A stretch of DNA of 64,000 bases, taken from Octopus bimaculoides (lineage: Eukaryota). The stretch spans positions 70,807,025 through 70,871,024 of the forward strand of contig NC_068984.1 of assembly GCF_001194135.2 (NCBI RefSeq), in the 5' to 3' direction. Of the stretch, positions 13,656-28,179 are shown one piece after another. Position 1 is the first letter of the stretch. Each line of letters opens with the position of its first letter. Made by a program: the position numbers and the translations under genes. The notes beneath the pieces were generated by a model, which was not told the DNA's origin, ran no database searches, and saw only the letters and a list, made by a program, of their open reading frames with translations.

Positions 13656-14565
13656 TAAATAAACAGACCTCTAAATTTTCTTTAATGGTGGTATACCAAA
13701 CTTATTCCCTTTGAAGCAAGAGATAAAAGGTTACCATCACTACATATATCAAAAAGACATAATTTCACTCCTTCTCTAAACATATATATCATTTTTGCTA
13801 AGTTTCCATGAATTGATCACCTTTTATGGTGTCCTGCCTCATTCCTTATCATCTGCCACATGTAGTGATAGAAAGAATCACCAATTTCTATTGATACTTA
13901 TGCCATGTTTTTTAACATGATGTTTATAGCTTGCTGCACTTCCTGTCATCAGCTATTTTACAGCATGAATTGAGTGTCATTGCACCAAATGCTTTGCTAT
14001 GATAAAACTAAGGAGTTCATTCTATCCTGTATTTGCTATTATCCAGAGTTACTACCCTCTTAGATATGTAGCTGTCATTGCAGCTTAAGGATTTTACATC
14101 TCATGTTTCCTCCTCTTTTTCAAACCTTTCACATTGACAAAATTATATGGATTTTATGTTGTCAAACTAACATTCATATAAAAGTATTTTTGAACATATG
14201 ATAGCTAAAACCAACTAAAAACACATCTGCAAATTATATAATTTAGTATATGTACAAACATCTATTTAGCTTTGCTCTGAAATAAATTGGAGTTTTTATA
14301 TTAAGGAAGAAATCATGTTTTGCACCTTAGGATGCTGCTAAAACCTATTTTGGTTTTACTCAGGTTTGGTACAATGAGTAAAATGTATATATTCTCTTAT
14401 GTAGCTGCTGATATTTGCAATTATCTAGTCATGTAGATTCGAAAATGATTATCAGACAAAATCCTGTAACATATCTTGATCTTGTGTCAGATAATGAAAG
14501 GTGTGACAGACAGACAAAAACAGATGTCGTATTGTAGAGGAGATACATGATTACCTAGTCAGAGG

Positions 14566-14603
<38 letters not shown>

Positions 14604-14711
14604 TCAATAATGATCAATATCACTGTGGTGTGTGTATGTTTATGTGTGTGTGTGCATGTGCATGACTTTACTGAGGAAGTAAAACATTTAACTTGGTTGA
14701 ACCAAACCATA

Positions 14712-14920
14712 GATGGAGCCTCTATAAGAACCTGATACACTATTGCTGGAAAGTGAAGTCAAATTCTCTTCCTATGACATCATACTACCATTGAAAATAC
14801 AAAGTTACATTGGGTAATGAAGTCTTAGATACATGATCTAAGACTAGATGAAATGGTGTTGGCTGAAATACTTTGATCATAGCTTTGTTTGATCACAGCT
14901 GACCTATGCTAAATGACAAC
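14712..14920 (+). mobile_element. Family D short repeat
   Basis: Similar to 6205-6410 and 51020-51235 (tttgatcacagctgacctatgctaaatgacaac end). Confidence 0.45.
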
Positions 14921-17659
14921 TTTTCATTTGTCAGATCAATGTGTTCTCTCTCGAGGCTATAATCCAAAAATGCTTTAGAGCAAAGCTAGCTATAATTAAA
15001 TATTCTTTAATTCCTATGTTCTATAGAATGTTTATGTAATTTTTTCTTCAACACTTATCACCAAGTCTACACATGTGTATCATTAGTTCAAACATCAATG
15101 ACTATGAAAATAACCGAAAAGATCTAACGTAGTATTTGACTGTTCCAGAGCTGAAGGAATGCAACCCAGTTAGATCACAATCATAGACCTATTTGGCTTT
15201 CAGACTCCCATATCTTTCCTCTTGGAGTTAAGACCTAAACAAAATTTTAGAGCAATTGAATATCCATGTAAACAATGAAAGTTGTCTGAAAGGCAGTAGC
15301 AGTTTTTCTGCTTGTTTTGTTCTTTTTTAATGTGAAAAATATTACTGCCACTAAAACTTTAAGCATTACAATCTTATATAAGAGATCAAAGATAAAAATA
15401 ATTTTTGTTAAAAATACATTATCTAGGAAAAAGAAAATACTATTAAACCTTTTGAATTTGCTGCAAAACAGTTATCGTTTTTCAAGGTTGTCAACAGAAT
15501 TGTAACAACACAACAAGAACAAATGTATTTAAAAGAGAACTTTATATCACAAAACAATGAGAATAACAATAATGATTACAACAAGAGCAACAATAATTAT
15601 AATAGAAAAAATAACATTAATAATAATAATAATGATAAATACACAATAAAGTAATTGGTTAGATTTTGTTTTAACATCATTTACAACTGAAGTTGTGTAA
15701 TCAATGTGAATTTGTTTTGATTTGGTTCATTACCATATTTGTTTTGCATAAAACACAACTTTTATCAGATGTACTCATCAAAGGATTGGGTCAAGATCAG
15801 AGAGGAGTATAAAAAAAAATCGATATTGTTAGAATTTGCATTTTTCAAATGAAAAACTATTTCAAAAATTTGTTGCTTCTGCTTCTGTTTTGCAAGCCAA
15901 GCTATGATTTAAGAAAATTGAAAACTGCATTTTTTTAGTAATTTGTTTTTATAATTATTTGATTGTAGCTATCATTGTTATTATTATATTTTTATACATT
16001 TAAAATGAGACTTTAGTACACACCAAACATTATAGAAAAACATTTTCACATTTGTGAAACTGTCTGTGAAAGAAATATTTACTATTATAGTTATGGGTAG
16101 GGTGGGGTGGAGTGGTGGAGATAGCTGGGCTGGGATAGACATGTGGTATAGATAACACTTTCCATGAGAAAAAAATGTTCTGTGTTAACAGTGGAATGTA
16201 CTCATGGTAGAAGATGATCAATACAAACATGGGAAGAAATGGTAAGGTTGAATATCTGACTGACATCTAATGACCACTCACTATTACTATTAAAATCAGT
16301 TGTAAAACAATCACATTTACTATCATGAATCTTCACATTGAGCCAGATCTAGAAGAGATCAATTCTCTAATTACATGCATTAGTGATGTCTTGAATCAGA
16401 GAACTTTGGCAAAATCAGTGTCTGGGCTAATTTGCGTCAGACCACACCACTGGTGTGTACACTGACCAGATTCTTTTTACCTTCGTTAATAAAGTTAAAT
16501 TATATCTCCCATACACTCCTTTCTATGCATTGACACCCATCTCTGTGTCTGTTAAGACTAGCCACACACCTACACAGATATCATCCTTCATGCTAACTTT
16601 CCAGACCTAACTTCGACATCTAATTCATATCAGATTTGCACTCTGTCTATAAACAAATCTCATAAATATCTTCCTGTATGAACATGCAAGTCTCCTTTAG
16701 CAGCAGTAAAACATGACCAGTATGCGTAAAGGAAAAAGGGGTGTCGTGCAACATACTCTTCCAATGCTAGACCTCACAATCCTGATGTTCTCTCTCATAC
16801 AACATTGCTACAACTGAATTGCATCACAAAGACTAAACTTTCTCTTCAGAATTGCAAATTCTTCTGCTCTCATCAGCTGTTGACTCTATACAAAACCCAA
16901 ATATAACTTGTATGCATAAGCTTTGAATGATGGTGTTACTATAAACAAGGTTGTGCACCAGCATGGCTGCAGTCTAATGACTGAAACAAGTAAAAGATAC
17001 AAATGAACATTTTATACTTCAACAGTAAAGGATATATGTCTTTATCAGCAAAGATTCACTTATCAATATCACGCAACAATCTATAATATAACACATTTGT
17101 TTCTTCTTTGCCTTTTCTATCCTCACATCATTGGCTTCTTTTCCTCAGAACTACTAGTTGGCATACCTGTCAAGTTCACCATTACTACTCAGTCATCATC
17201 CTTATTAAGTCCTAATTTCAAGATCTTTGGCTCACTTATCTATCCAGAGAGGTTAATATTTTTGGAGTGCACTCTCTCATTTATCTATGTTTTTCCTTAA
17301 TACATTGACATACACATAACTGGATTTGCATTGATCTTGTTTGTCTGAAATGAGGACTACATTCATTGCTTAATTAAAACAAAATATAACTTATTTTTGC
17401 TTATTGGTGCATCAATCTGTGTATTAATGTCTTAATTCTACACACAAACACAGGGCTTAATATTTATTTAACTGCTCTCAGCTTTCTTCATTACTCAGAT
17501 ATTCTTTCCATTCATTTGTACACTAAATTTGCACATCCAGTAGATCACTCTTCACTCACTTTTCTCAGCGTCAGCGTTTCTTCTTAGTCTTATGCTTTAC
17601 ATGCTTCATACTATACAACTTAAATACTTATACATCTTCTGTATGGTTTGCTTTTATAA

Positions 17660-17894
17660 GAGAAAGAGAGAAAGAGAGGGGGAAAAGACAGACATAGACA
17701 AAATGGCAGAAAGAAATATGGGTGCAAGACAGACAGAGGCAAAGAGGCAGAGAGAGAAAGTGAGAGAGAGGGAGGAGGGAAAAAGAGAGAGGGGAGAGGG
17801 GAGAGAAAGAGAGATAGAGAGAGGGAGATAGAGAAAGAAAGTGAGAGAGGGAAAGAGAGAGAGAGAGGGAAAGAGAGAGAGAGANNNNNNNNNN

Positions 17895-17940
<46 letters not shown>
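17660..17940 (+). repeat. (GA)n-rich tract
   Basis: Direct reading; contains a 10-N gap. Confidence 0.95.
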
Positions 17941-17943
<3 letters not shown>

Positions 17944-18597
17944 AAAGAGACCCTAGCTTTGAATTTCTGCAAAATTTTATCCCATTCTTTCTCCACTTAT
18001 CAAAATAATGATTTCCAGCATCTAACACAATGATTTCTGTATAATACAAGCATAACTATATGGTTATTTGAACAACATTTGTATATGGTAACAATGAGCT
18101 AAATTGAATTAAATATGTCTTGTCCAACACACAATTGTTTAAATTATTGTGTTTATGCTTTTCTTTAAAACTTTTTAAAATCCATTTGTATGTGCATACA
18201 GATATATAGATTATTTTTCAAATTTGGACATTTATAGAGTGCAGGCAGAAGCCATAGCAGTCTTTTTTTTTTTTTTTTTTACATAACTTCATGCTTTTCT
18301 TATTACTAAGCAGTCATCTATAAAATGGAAGTAGAAGTTGCTGTTAGCAATACAGATTAAAATAATTAAAGGAATGGAAAATTGGTTGCAGTAAAGTCAT
18401 GACCATTTCACATGTAAATATATTGCCTCTGTGTCTGTGAGTATGAATATATGTGTAGTATGTATTTTCATACGTATATACCTCTGTGTGTGTGTTTTTA
18501 TGTTTATATACATATGTATATGTGTATATGTGTATTGCATATATATTATGTATATATATATATATATATTTGTGTGAGTGTGTGAGTGTGTGTGTGT

Positions 18598-18634
<37 letters not shown>

Positions 18635-19589
18635 CATATGTGCATCTGTATCTACATATAGGTGCCTTGTTTTATTTTCCAAATAATATATGCCAGCATC
18701 AATAACAAAACATTCAATAATAAAGCAAATAAATAATTTTTTCTTACTTATATTATGTCAATTGCAAAATATTTTCTATTAAAATGATTGCAAAATATAA
18801 GATATATACTAAATTTCAACTAACAAAAATACGCTAAACCTGTATATTTTACCATCAGTGTGAGAAGAACTGCATAACTTAAGCGTACTGCTTTTGTATA
18901 CTAATACCAAGTTAAGTGAAGAATTTTGCCCACAATCTGACACATTATTCACCAAATCTAGCACAGCTTAGCTTAAGCAGTTTGACAAGGAGCTCCATTT
19001 TCAACAATGATTGACTCAATGAACACTCAAAAGAGATTTCTTTTTATATTTAGATTCTAAGCAAGTAGCTCAGCAAAACTTAACAAAGGTGGATGAAATG
19101 TCATTCTTTAATCTATGGGATTTGCTACTCTTAAACAAGCATACCATTCATTGTTATTGCTATTTATCCAGCTGAAAACTTAGTCCAGACTAAATGCATT
19201 CTAGCCGTGAAGGTGCCCAGTCTTTTCATACATAATTTATATCAAAATACATAATCTAATATGATATTTTTTTCACTTAAAGATACTAGTGCATGAATTA
19301 AGAGAAATTTAACTACAATTACAAAATGGTTGAGTCACTTCATAGAGGCTTGCATTAACTAATCATTCTAGATCATTGTCCCATTAATTGTCAAGTAAGG
19401 TGTCTATCTACATGGTGTTTGCATATACATGGGTTGTTCATCACAGGTAGTTCCTAAGGCTCTAAGATCTAATTGAAGAACAGACTAAAGAAATTGAGTG
19501 ATTTCTTATGAGGCAGAAAACTCAGGAACATATGGTTACCAAACATTTTAGAGCCAGTCAAAAATGTCTGGTGGGTTTTTGTTCTGGCA

Positions 19590-19905
19590 CTTTATTCTTA
19601 ATTCTAATCCTGCTGAGGCTAATTTTATCCTTTATCCTTCCAGAGCTGATAAAGTAGAGTACCAATCAAGTACTGGAGTCAATATAATCAACTAACTTAA
19701 GGCAGTGAGCTGGCAGAATCATTATCATGCTGCGCAAAATGCTTAGAAGCATTTCGTCCATCCCTACATTCTGAGTTCAAGTTCTACTGAGGTTGACTTT
19801 ACGTTTCATTCTTATAAAATAAGTACCTGTTCAGCACTGAACTCAATGTAATTGACTTGCACCTTTCCCTGAAACTACTGATCTTCTGCCAAAATATGAA
19901 CCCAG
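19590..19905 (+). mobile_element. Two SINE family A copies (3' fragment followed by a full-length copy at about 19701-19905)
   Basis: ggcagtgagctggcagaatcattatcatgc...aaatgcttag...ttctgagttcaagttctactgaggttgacttt...aaataagtacc. Confidence 0.8.
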
Positions 19906-20591
19906 TATAAATGACTAACATCATCCTCAAATTTCTGGGTTTGTGCCCAGAAATTATGCAATCTTTTAAAGTGTAGTAAAATCAAACATTATGATTTATA
20001 TGTTTTTGTCCATAGGTTAACAGAGAACAACAATGTTGAATCATTGACCATTCTACCAGTAAGCCAATATCTTGATGTAGCTATCCACAACATAGGATCA
20101 TGGAACACATTTTCATTGAATTTTGGGAAAAACTAAAAAATTTTTCAAGTTTGGAGAATAAAAGAAAAACAAGAAACAATGCAAAAAATTGAAAAAACTT
20201 CCCATTCTCAAGAAGATATTTTATGTCAACAGATTTCAATTATTAATACATTCACATCACAAATTTACTTTATGAATGTCATATCTTTTTTTTCCATTTT
20301 TTTCTATCTCACTAATAATTAAACAGGAAGTTATTATAAAAACGACAGTTTATAAATATGTCAGCAAATGCTTCATAAAACTCCGTCAAAATTTAAAAGT
20401 TATAATTAGGCAATTTTTTTATTGATCTCTAAACTTTAAACGTGGACTTTATTATGAGGTAAAATTAGTGTTTATTGACTTATAAAAAGAAAAATCTAAA
20501 ACTTCTCTACACTTTTCAGTTAAATTGATTATCATTACTGACCAGAAATTGACTTTAGTTTTATATAAAATTAGCTTTGTAACTAAAATTA

Positions 20592-20593
<2 letters not shown>

Positions 20594-20670
<77 letters not shown>
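20594..20670. repeat. (TA)n microsatellite
   Basis: Direct reading. Confidence 0.98.
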
Positions 20671-20677
<7 letters not shown>

Positions 20678-22483
20678 TCATAAACTATGAATTATATATA
20701 CATATATATGTGTGTTTTCATAAACTATAAATTACTTTTCTCATTCATATATACATACTTGTCTGTGTACAATAGAATTCTATTCGCAAATGTCTATATC
20801 TGCATAGTGTTAAAAGCAAATTTTTTTATAATTGTATATTTTATCCAACAGCTAACACCCTTGCTTGTCTCAGTCTGCAAGTAGCTGTGTAACTGTGTAG
20901 TAGGCCAACTCTTAAGTAACCTAACAGCCATTGAGATTTGACATCTTATAGTCTGTTAGGATAAAACTAATAGCATTGAAATGCAAATTTTAGATTTTAG
21001 GTAACAGCTAGAGCGAACATTTATTAAAAGGGTGATACAGTTCACTATTTTTAAATAGACATGATTTATATAAAATAAATTGAAGGCATAATGTTTAGAT
21101 AAAATGAAAATACTGTTCACGAAAAAGAACATTTGTCACTACAAGTGTTTAATGTAGAAGCAGTAAAGTATTTAATGCTTGGAAATCGGAAGAAAATGTC
21201 TACCTTTACCAAGTGTTTTTAATATTTTAAGTTAATGTATGTTGTAGTTGTATATATTCATTTAGTTGTTAATTTTTGTCTGATTTTTTTTTCCATGCTA
21301 GTATATGCTAGATGAAGATTTAATGAAGCAATATTTTATGTTCAAATGCTCTACTTGTCGCTACCTTCAATCTATTTTTAGACTAAAGATTCTTTTTTAT
21401 ATTCTTATTCAACAAATGCATGTCATAAGTGCAGAGCCTTGAGACATTACTTACAGGGGGTGTAAATATGACATTACTATTGTTGCTAAAACGGTGTCAT
21501 GACAATGCACTTAGAATATAAATATTCACATGCATGCACAGACACACACACATATGCATATATACCTTTCATTATCGTCATTAGTGCTTTTATATCTGCA
21601 TTCCCATGCTTGTATAGGCTGGATATCTCTTGCTGTTTGCTGTATTCTTTTACCATGTTCCTTGTAGTTCTTAAATCTATAAGTTATAGTTAGACTATAT
21701 TTCACTGATGTGATCTAATATGGTTAAAACATCTCTGTAATTGTCATTGAACTAATGAAGATTAAATTTACTCTTTAATGCATTCCGTGTTTAATCAATT
21801 AGAATTTTGAGGTTGTTTCCTTTACTATTTTTAACCAGAATTAGTCATGTAGATAATGATTGTTCTTATCCCTGAAGGTATAAATTTAAGTAATGAAGAT
21901 GTTTCAACTAATCAGGTATACTAGCACTTACTTTACGATTGTTTATCTCGGCCTTCTTTTGCCATCAATGATTTTATTGATACAAGACCATGTCAATTTT
22001 TTATGAAACAATTCAAAAAACCATCTCAGTTTTTTTATATTTTTAAATCACGTGGAACATCAATGCCTGTAACATTTTATTGAGCCTCCATGATAAGTGG
22101 ATGAGAAGAAGAATGTATCTTCAACTAGAGACTTGGCCTGGATGCTTGCAACTGAGCAGACTCTTCTAAAGCTACCCAAGGTGCCAGAATGGTGTTAAAC
22201 CAAGCAACAAATTAAGTCTACCATCATATAGGTTGAGGCAAAATTTAAACTCAGGAGGCAAAATAGTGTAAGGTTTCAAATCTAGCCTTTTTAGAGTTTC
22301 ACCAATCTATCACCATTCTACTTTAACACCATGATACTTTTTTTATTGATTCTGAATTGAGGAAAAGTGAAGTTGCTCTCTACAGGATTTGAACAAAGAA
22401 TGCAAAGATATGAAACAAATATCATGAAGCATTCTACACATTGACGCCTTTAGTGCACAACTAATTTCACTTGTACTCTGCTA

Positions 22484-23697
22484 TTAGGTTGAAAAGAAAG
22501 TTGCATTGCATTAAAAAATGGAAAAGAAGCAAATGCTTTATTGGTATTAAATGATATATTTAATCACGATAATATTTCCCCTCATTATTGATAGCACAAT
22601 CGCACCTATTTAGGAAATTTTTGATAGTCATATAAATCCTTTAGGTTCTGAAGCAAAGAAACACTCAATATCATTTTTAATCTTTTCACAGTTAATTAAC
22701 AGTTTTGTTTGTAAATAATCTAGCAATGATCTGAAAAGATGACAGTGAAATGGATCAAAGGGAAGATAATAAGAAGGATGTGGCAAAACTTCTATATTTA
22801 GTGCCATAATCTTGTCCTGAATACCTTGGGCAATATGTTTTCCTGCATCATTGTGTAGGAGCAACAAAATTTTATGACTGATCAATGAAAGGTATTTTTT
22901 TGGCAAATTTTTGTAAAATGCTTCAAACTGATGACAATGCCATATTAATTGTTTTATTCTTATTTAATGCTTTATGATATACAACATCCTTTATAGTCCA
23001 TCAAAAAGAGCATGAAATTTTACAGGGGTAGTCCTCATTTAGAGATGAATTCTTTTTGTTTATTAGGTGCTGGCCATTGTCATTTGTATTGGATATGATT
23101 GTAGAAAACCCACTTTTTATCAATTGTGATGATTCTATCCAGGGATGGTTTGGTAGCAAGATCACTCTTCAGTGATGAGAAGAGGACAACTTTTTGATTG
23201 TGCACAAAAGCAGTCAGACGATGTTTAGACATTTTTACTAGTTCATGAAAGGTGTTTTATGATCAAAGTATGGCTGAAATTGTACTGTTTTGCCTCTCCT
23301 CATGCAATTTCCTTTGGATTTTCCAAAATTATGGTTTTCAAAAGTTCAATGTTGACAGGACTTCGTCATCCAGATTAAGAAGAAACTGTGAGAGAAAGAT
23401 TTTCTGAGCAAAACTGGCCAAACCATCGTTGGTATGTCCAGATATTCAAAGCTACATTTCCATAGACAGAACATGTTTCTTGTCACTTCTATATGCAGTA
23501 TCTGATATGGATCGGATTTAAACTCATTTTAAAGCATTAAAATCAATACAAATTTAAATAATTTGGAGAAAATAATTTGCAAAGGAAGAAAAGCCATTAA
23601 AATTTTTAAATTAATGTTTATTTTACAATTAGCATTGTAAAAATATCCTTAAATGGATAGTGAGAATAAATGTGATAGGAATTCCTTTCCAACTTAA
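22484..23697 (-). mobile_element. Decayed mariner element
   Basis: Minus-strand ORF ILLLLHNDAGKHIAQ...EVLPHPSYYLPFDPFHCHLFRSL (cf. LLHDNARPH...VLPHPPYSPDLAPSDYHLFRSL); N-terminal helix-turn-helix relic near 23400-23480; TIR-like ttaggttgaaaagaaag and cctttccaacttaa ends. Confidence 0.8.
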
Positions 23698-23779
23698 AAT
23701 AAATATAACCTATTTGCATACATGTTAACATGACAAACACACACCAAATACATACTTCTATTTGTTACAGCATAGCCTG

Positions 23780-24790
23780 GATTCTTTCTGTCATAGTGAG
23801 CACTGACATGTCTCTCTCTCTATCCCACAATATCCATTCTGGTATGCCTCAATGTTCATTTTTATCATCTTCCAACCACCATTAAAGCTATCTTCCATAC
23901 CCAATGGCTTACAATAACTTGTTCGCTTCCACTTCTAACAATGTTCATTCCTGTGTAGATATTGCCATTCTTTTGACTCCCACGTATAGATGTCCTCCAC
24001 ATACATCTTAGACATCACATACCTATCTCTAGTAACAGAGATCTTAAAAACATCCCCTGACAATCTAGTGTCTTTCAATAATACGAAATCGCATTCTCTG
24101 ATTGCATCAAGAAAACAATTTTGTATTCTAATCTCTCAGGTCTTAGACAACATGCAATTAAAATTCCGAAAATCACTTAAATACTGGCTTTTAAATCTTT
24201 GATAATCTTTGCAAGTGATTTCCCATACATAATGTAGTAAAGTCTGCATTTTAACATTTAATCTTTCTCTTGAGAATGAGCTGCTGACTTTCTGCGGAGC
24301 TCATGTAAAAACCATTCTGCTATACTATTCCCACAGTGCTTGTGTAATACACACAGACATCTATATTGCTCCCATAAGATCTAATAAAACTGGAATATGT
24401 CCAAAGCTATCATTATACTGCTACAGATCAAACTTACTACCCTTTACTGTATTCTGTATTCAATTAATTTTAAATAAAATACTGAAATTGTCCCTCCCTT
24501 TTTTGACTAAAATTAATTATGCTGTTTTACCTCTAGCCTATCACTTCTTTAATTGTCTCTGCTTCTCTGAATTAGTAAGTTGCACACAGGCTCCATACAA
24601 GTTCATCCAAAACACGTGTCTAATGTTTCTCTCCATGTCCCTATTATGTCTCCTAATCCAAACTATGTACAAACCACTTCCCCTGTCTGAAATTCCTACT
24701 TCCTATGTTTTTCTGAAGATATGAAACTATATCTTTAAAGTGAATATAAACATCTTCCTGACATGTCCATGAGAGCCCAGCAACGGCATA
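23780..24790 (+). mobile_element. Degraded CR1/Jockey-like LINE RT region
   Basis: Relics HSGMPQCSFLSS, ASTSNNVHSCVDIAIL (cf. HSYADD), NLVSFNNTKSH (cf. NLVSFNASKTQ) and YHFFNCLCFSELVSC. Confidence 0.65.
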
Positions 24791-25252
24791 TGAAATACAG
24801 TTCTAATTATGTCATTAAAAGCAAAAATGTCCACAAATACCTCTTCACCCTAAATTTTACTGAAAACTTCTTTGAGATCTACCTTTAATGACTGTTTCAT
24901 ATTATTTTGAACCTTCAAATATCAAAGTAATACTGTGCAAAGATACTTCAAGCCAACCTGAAGTATTAAAGTAATATTGTGCAAAGATAGATAATGATTC
25001 TAAACAATACACAATCTAAATGTATTAATCTAAATGTATTACTTGGTAAACTCTTTAGTAATGATAGCTATTTTCATAAGGAAAACATTGCATGTTTTCA
25101 ATCCAGAATACAGTAATTACACTTCTTTTATATCAGAAAATATTGAAGGATATTGCCAAAATGGTAGCACCACAGAAGAAAAGTTTTACAATAATTAATC
25201 CATTCATCTTGTTCAGTATATTTGTGGTTAATTTTGTCTTGCATTCTGGCTG

Positions 25253-25540
25253 GAGTAAAGTAATAAAATCCAGGCGGTTTCTGAAGCACGTAGCAAAATT
25301 GATAGTGGAAATAGAATATAAATAGACAAGTGAATCAATTGTTGTCTGTTATTTGTATCAAACATGGAAGAATGATGATGATGATGATGATGATGATGAT
25401 CACCATCATCATCATCATGATTCTTCCATGTTTGATACAAATAACAGACAGCAATTAATTCATTTGCTCATTCATATTCTATTTCCATTATTAATTTTGC
25501 TACCCACTTCAGAAACAGATTGGTTTTTGTTAATTTACTG
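25253..25540. repeat. Long palindrome with arms of about 140 bp, centred on a (GAT)9-to-(CAT)5 switch
   Basis: 25339-25373 vs the reverse complement of 25420-25454 match at 34/35; outer arms align with more mismatches. Confidence 0.9.
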
Positions 25541-26592
25541 GGCCCAAGGATAGAAATGCATTTAGTTATGGGATAGTCATAATTAATTAACTCTCACTAG
25601 AGAACAACTGATATTTATTTTATTAACTCTTACTGGTGAAATGCTGCGTTGAAATATCCTAGTTTAATTTTTATCTAAAAACTTAAAAGAACAGAAGCTA
25701 GATATAATCATTATTTTATTCTCAGTTATATTATCTGCCATGTCGTGTAACATTGAGCTCATACATTATCCATGGATTTGCTCATAGAATTCATGTTTTT
25801 AAAAATACTATAGCAATTGAAATAGAGGAGGGAACCATAGAGTGAGATGCAACATATTTGAAATTGTATACTTAACACTTTCGTCTATGTATTATCGATG
25901 AGATTAGTGTGCATAAATATAGAAAAGCTTCAAGTGAACTGACATTAATCAAAGTTTGAGTCTAGCATTTATGAATATCAATGCACTTATGAAAGTAAGG
26001 TCTTTGAGAAATTCAGGTACTTCATATACCAACTCACTTTATAAAATGTATCAAAATAAATATTTGATGTCTTACGAGGTTTCTTATTAAGGATAAGGAG
26101 TGTGTAGTCTTACTCTAAAACATCTAAATTTTCTTATGCACATATTCTATTCACTAAACTTTTCTCATGAAGTATGTCAAGATTTATTATGAATCAAGGT
26201 CAGTTGCCACTATAACACTTCAAATAAAGACTTTAATGTAATGTTATATGCATCTGCTTATAGACTTTTCTTCCTGTTAATATTGAATTTACAATACTGG
26301 ACATAAGTAGATTATTTTGAAGATAACATAACAGTTAAAAGAGCAGAAACAAATTATAGTATCCAATTTGAGAAATACCATATTTTCTGTAGCTTTATCT
26401 CTAATGCAGCTGCTTAGACAATGATAGGCATATAGCAGAAGTCCTATTTTGGGGTTTGTTTCATGTTTCTGTCTCAAGGGGGGATTTATATCTAATATCA
26501 CTTTTTCATATGTATGCATATGGACTCTCAGTAATATAATCCTTGCACAGCCATCATCACACTGATGAAAACTTTAGTGGGTAGAATATCTA

Positions 26593-27517
26593 CAAGGTGG
26601 TATTAAAAGGTTCCCGGACTAGTTATGTTTAATAAAAGATAACTTATTTACCTAAGTTTTAACATAATCTTCTTCAAAATAGTCAATTTGTGCAGCAATA
26701 CACTGGTCCCAGCATTTCAGCCACTTTTGGAATCCAGCCTGGAAGTTATTTTCCATAAGCAAGTCGAGAATCTTCTGTGATTCACTCTTGATCTTGACTA
26801 TGGCATTAAAACAGCAATCTTTAAGCTGTATTATTATCTTGGATAAGAAATGGAAGTCTGTAGGTGTTAAATCTGGCAAATAGGGTGAGTGTAGAAGCGA
26901 TAACATGTTTTTATGTGAGAAACTTACAAGAGAAGAGGGCTTGGTGACAGGGTTCACTGTTGTGAAGAATCCAATTCCTTGTGCTCCACAGATCCAGTTG
27001 CTTTCACTGAATGTCCTTCCTCAGACGTTTCAAAATGATGCAGTAGAACTCTTGATTGATGGTCTGGTCCTGGGGGATGAATTCTCAATGCACAATACCA
27101 CATTTCCAGGGGTAACACTCATGGCAGGTCTTCCAGATTGCCTGTCTTCCAGATTGCCTGTCTTCCAGAGACTTTCTTCCACTTTTGAAGCGCTCAGGCA
27201 ACTTGAAACATAGTGTACAATCCATTGTCTTATCATCATAATGTTGCCAAAGCATGTTCAAGGTCTCTGTAGCAGACTTCCAAAGTTTAACACAACATTT
27301 CATGTTGGCTCTTTGTTCCTGTCCATGACAAAATCGCATACAGCATACATATGATCACAAAAACACAAATTTCACAATTTGCAAAGTAAACACAGCGATG
27401 TCACTCAGCACACTGCTCCATGAAAGTCACTGCTAGCTCTCACTGTGCATGCAACCATGTGCTGCCATCTGTTGGTGCACTACAGAACTAGTCCAGGAAA
27501 TTTCTGATACCACCTCA
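26593..27517 (-). mobile_element. Internally deleted mariner element
   Basis: TA TSD (26591-26592, 27518-27519), 32-bp TIRs 25/32 identical; transposase relics EQRANMKCCVKLWKSATET...FKSGRKSLED and HSPYLPDLTPTDF...WDQCIAAQIDYFEED; a 16-bp tandem duplication at 27128-27169. Confidence 0.92.
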
Positions 27518-28179
27518 TACATTAGAAAATTCATAGACTTATAAATTTAACCTGACATTCTCCACAAAAAGAGAAATCATAAAAATTAATAGTTATTTAC
27601 TGAGGCACTTTATCTAGAACTAGGGAACTTTTATCAATCCACTACTAATGCTCTTTCTCTTCCAAAGCAGCTTTTTGTTGCTTCACTAGATAGATTCACA
27701 CATGACAATAAAAGTTAATCAAGTATAGATTAATATGATAAAGATGCAAGTATGTCACTAAGAAGTTTGCTTCATAACCATATAGTTCTGGTTTCAATAT
27801 CACTATTTGCCGCATTAGGCAAATGGCTTCTATTCTAATCATATGTTGAGCAATAGCTTTTGTGCATGGAATCTGGTTGTCAGCAATTATGCATAAGCTC
27901 ATTGTGTGTTTATGTATATGTATATGTGTTCATATCTGTGTTTATATTTATGGTCAAAATACCAGATGTTTTTTTTTCCTGTTCCATAACTTTGCATGTC
28001 AACAAATAGAGATCAAAGAAAAAATTTCTAACTCAAATAAGCATAAGGCTTGATATAACTAACTGATAGTGTCATAGCATATTATGACTGGAAGCTGTGA
28101 AAGAATAAAAGAAAAGTTTGCTTTCTTCATAATAAATTTTAGTTTCACTTACCATGCTGTCTGTTTACACCACACTAAT

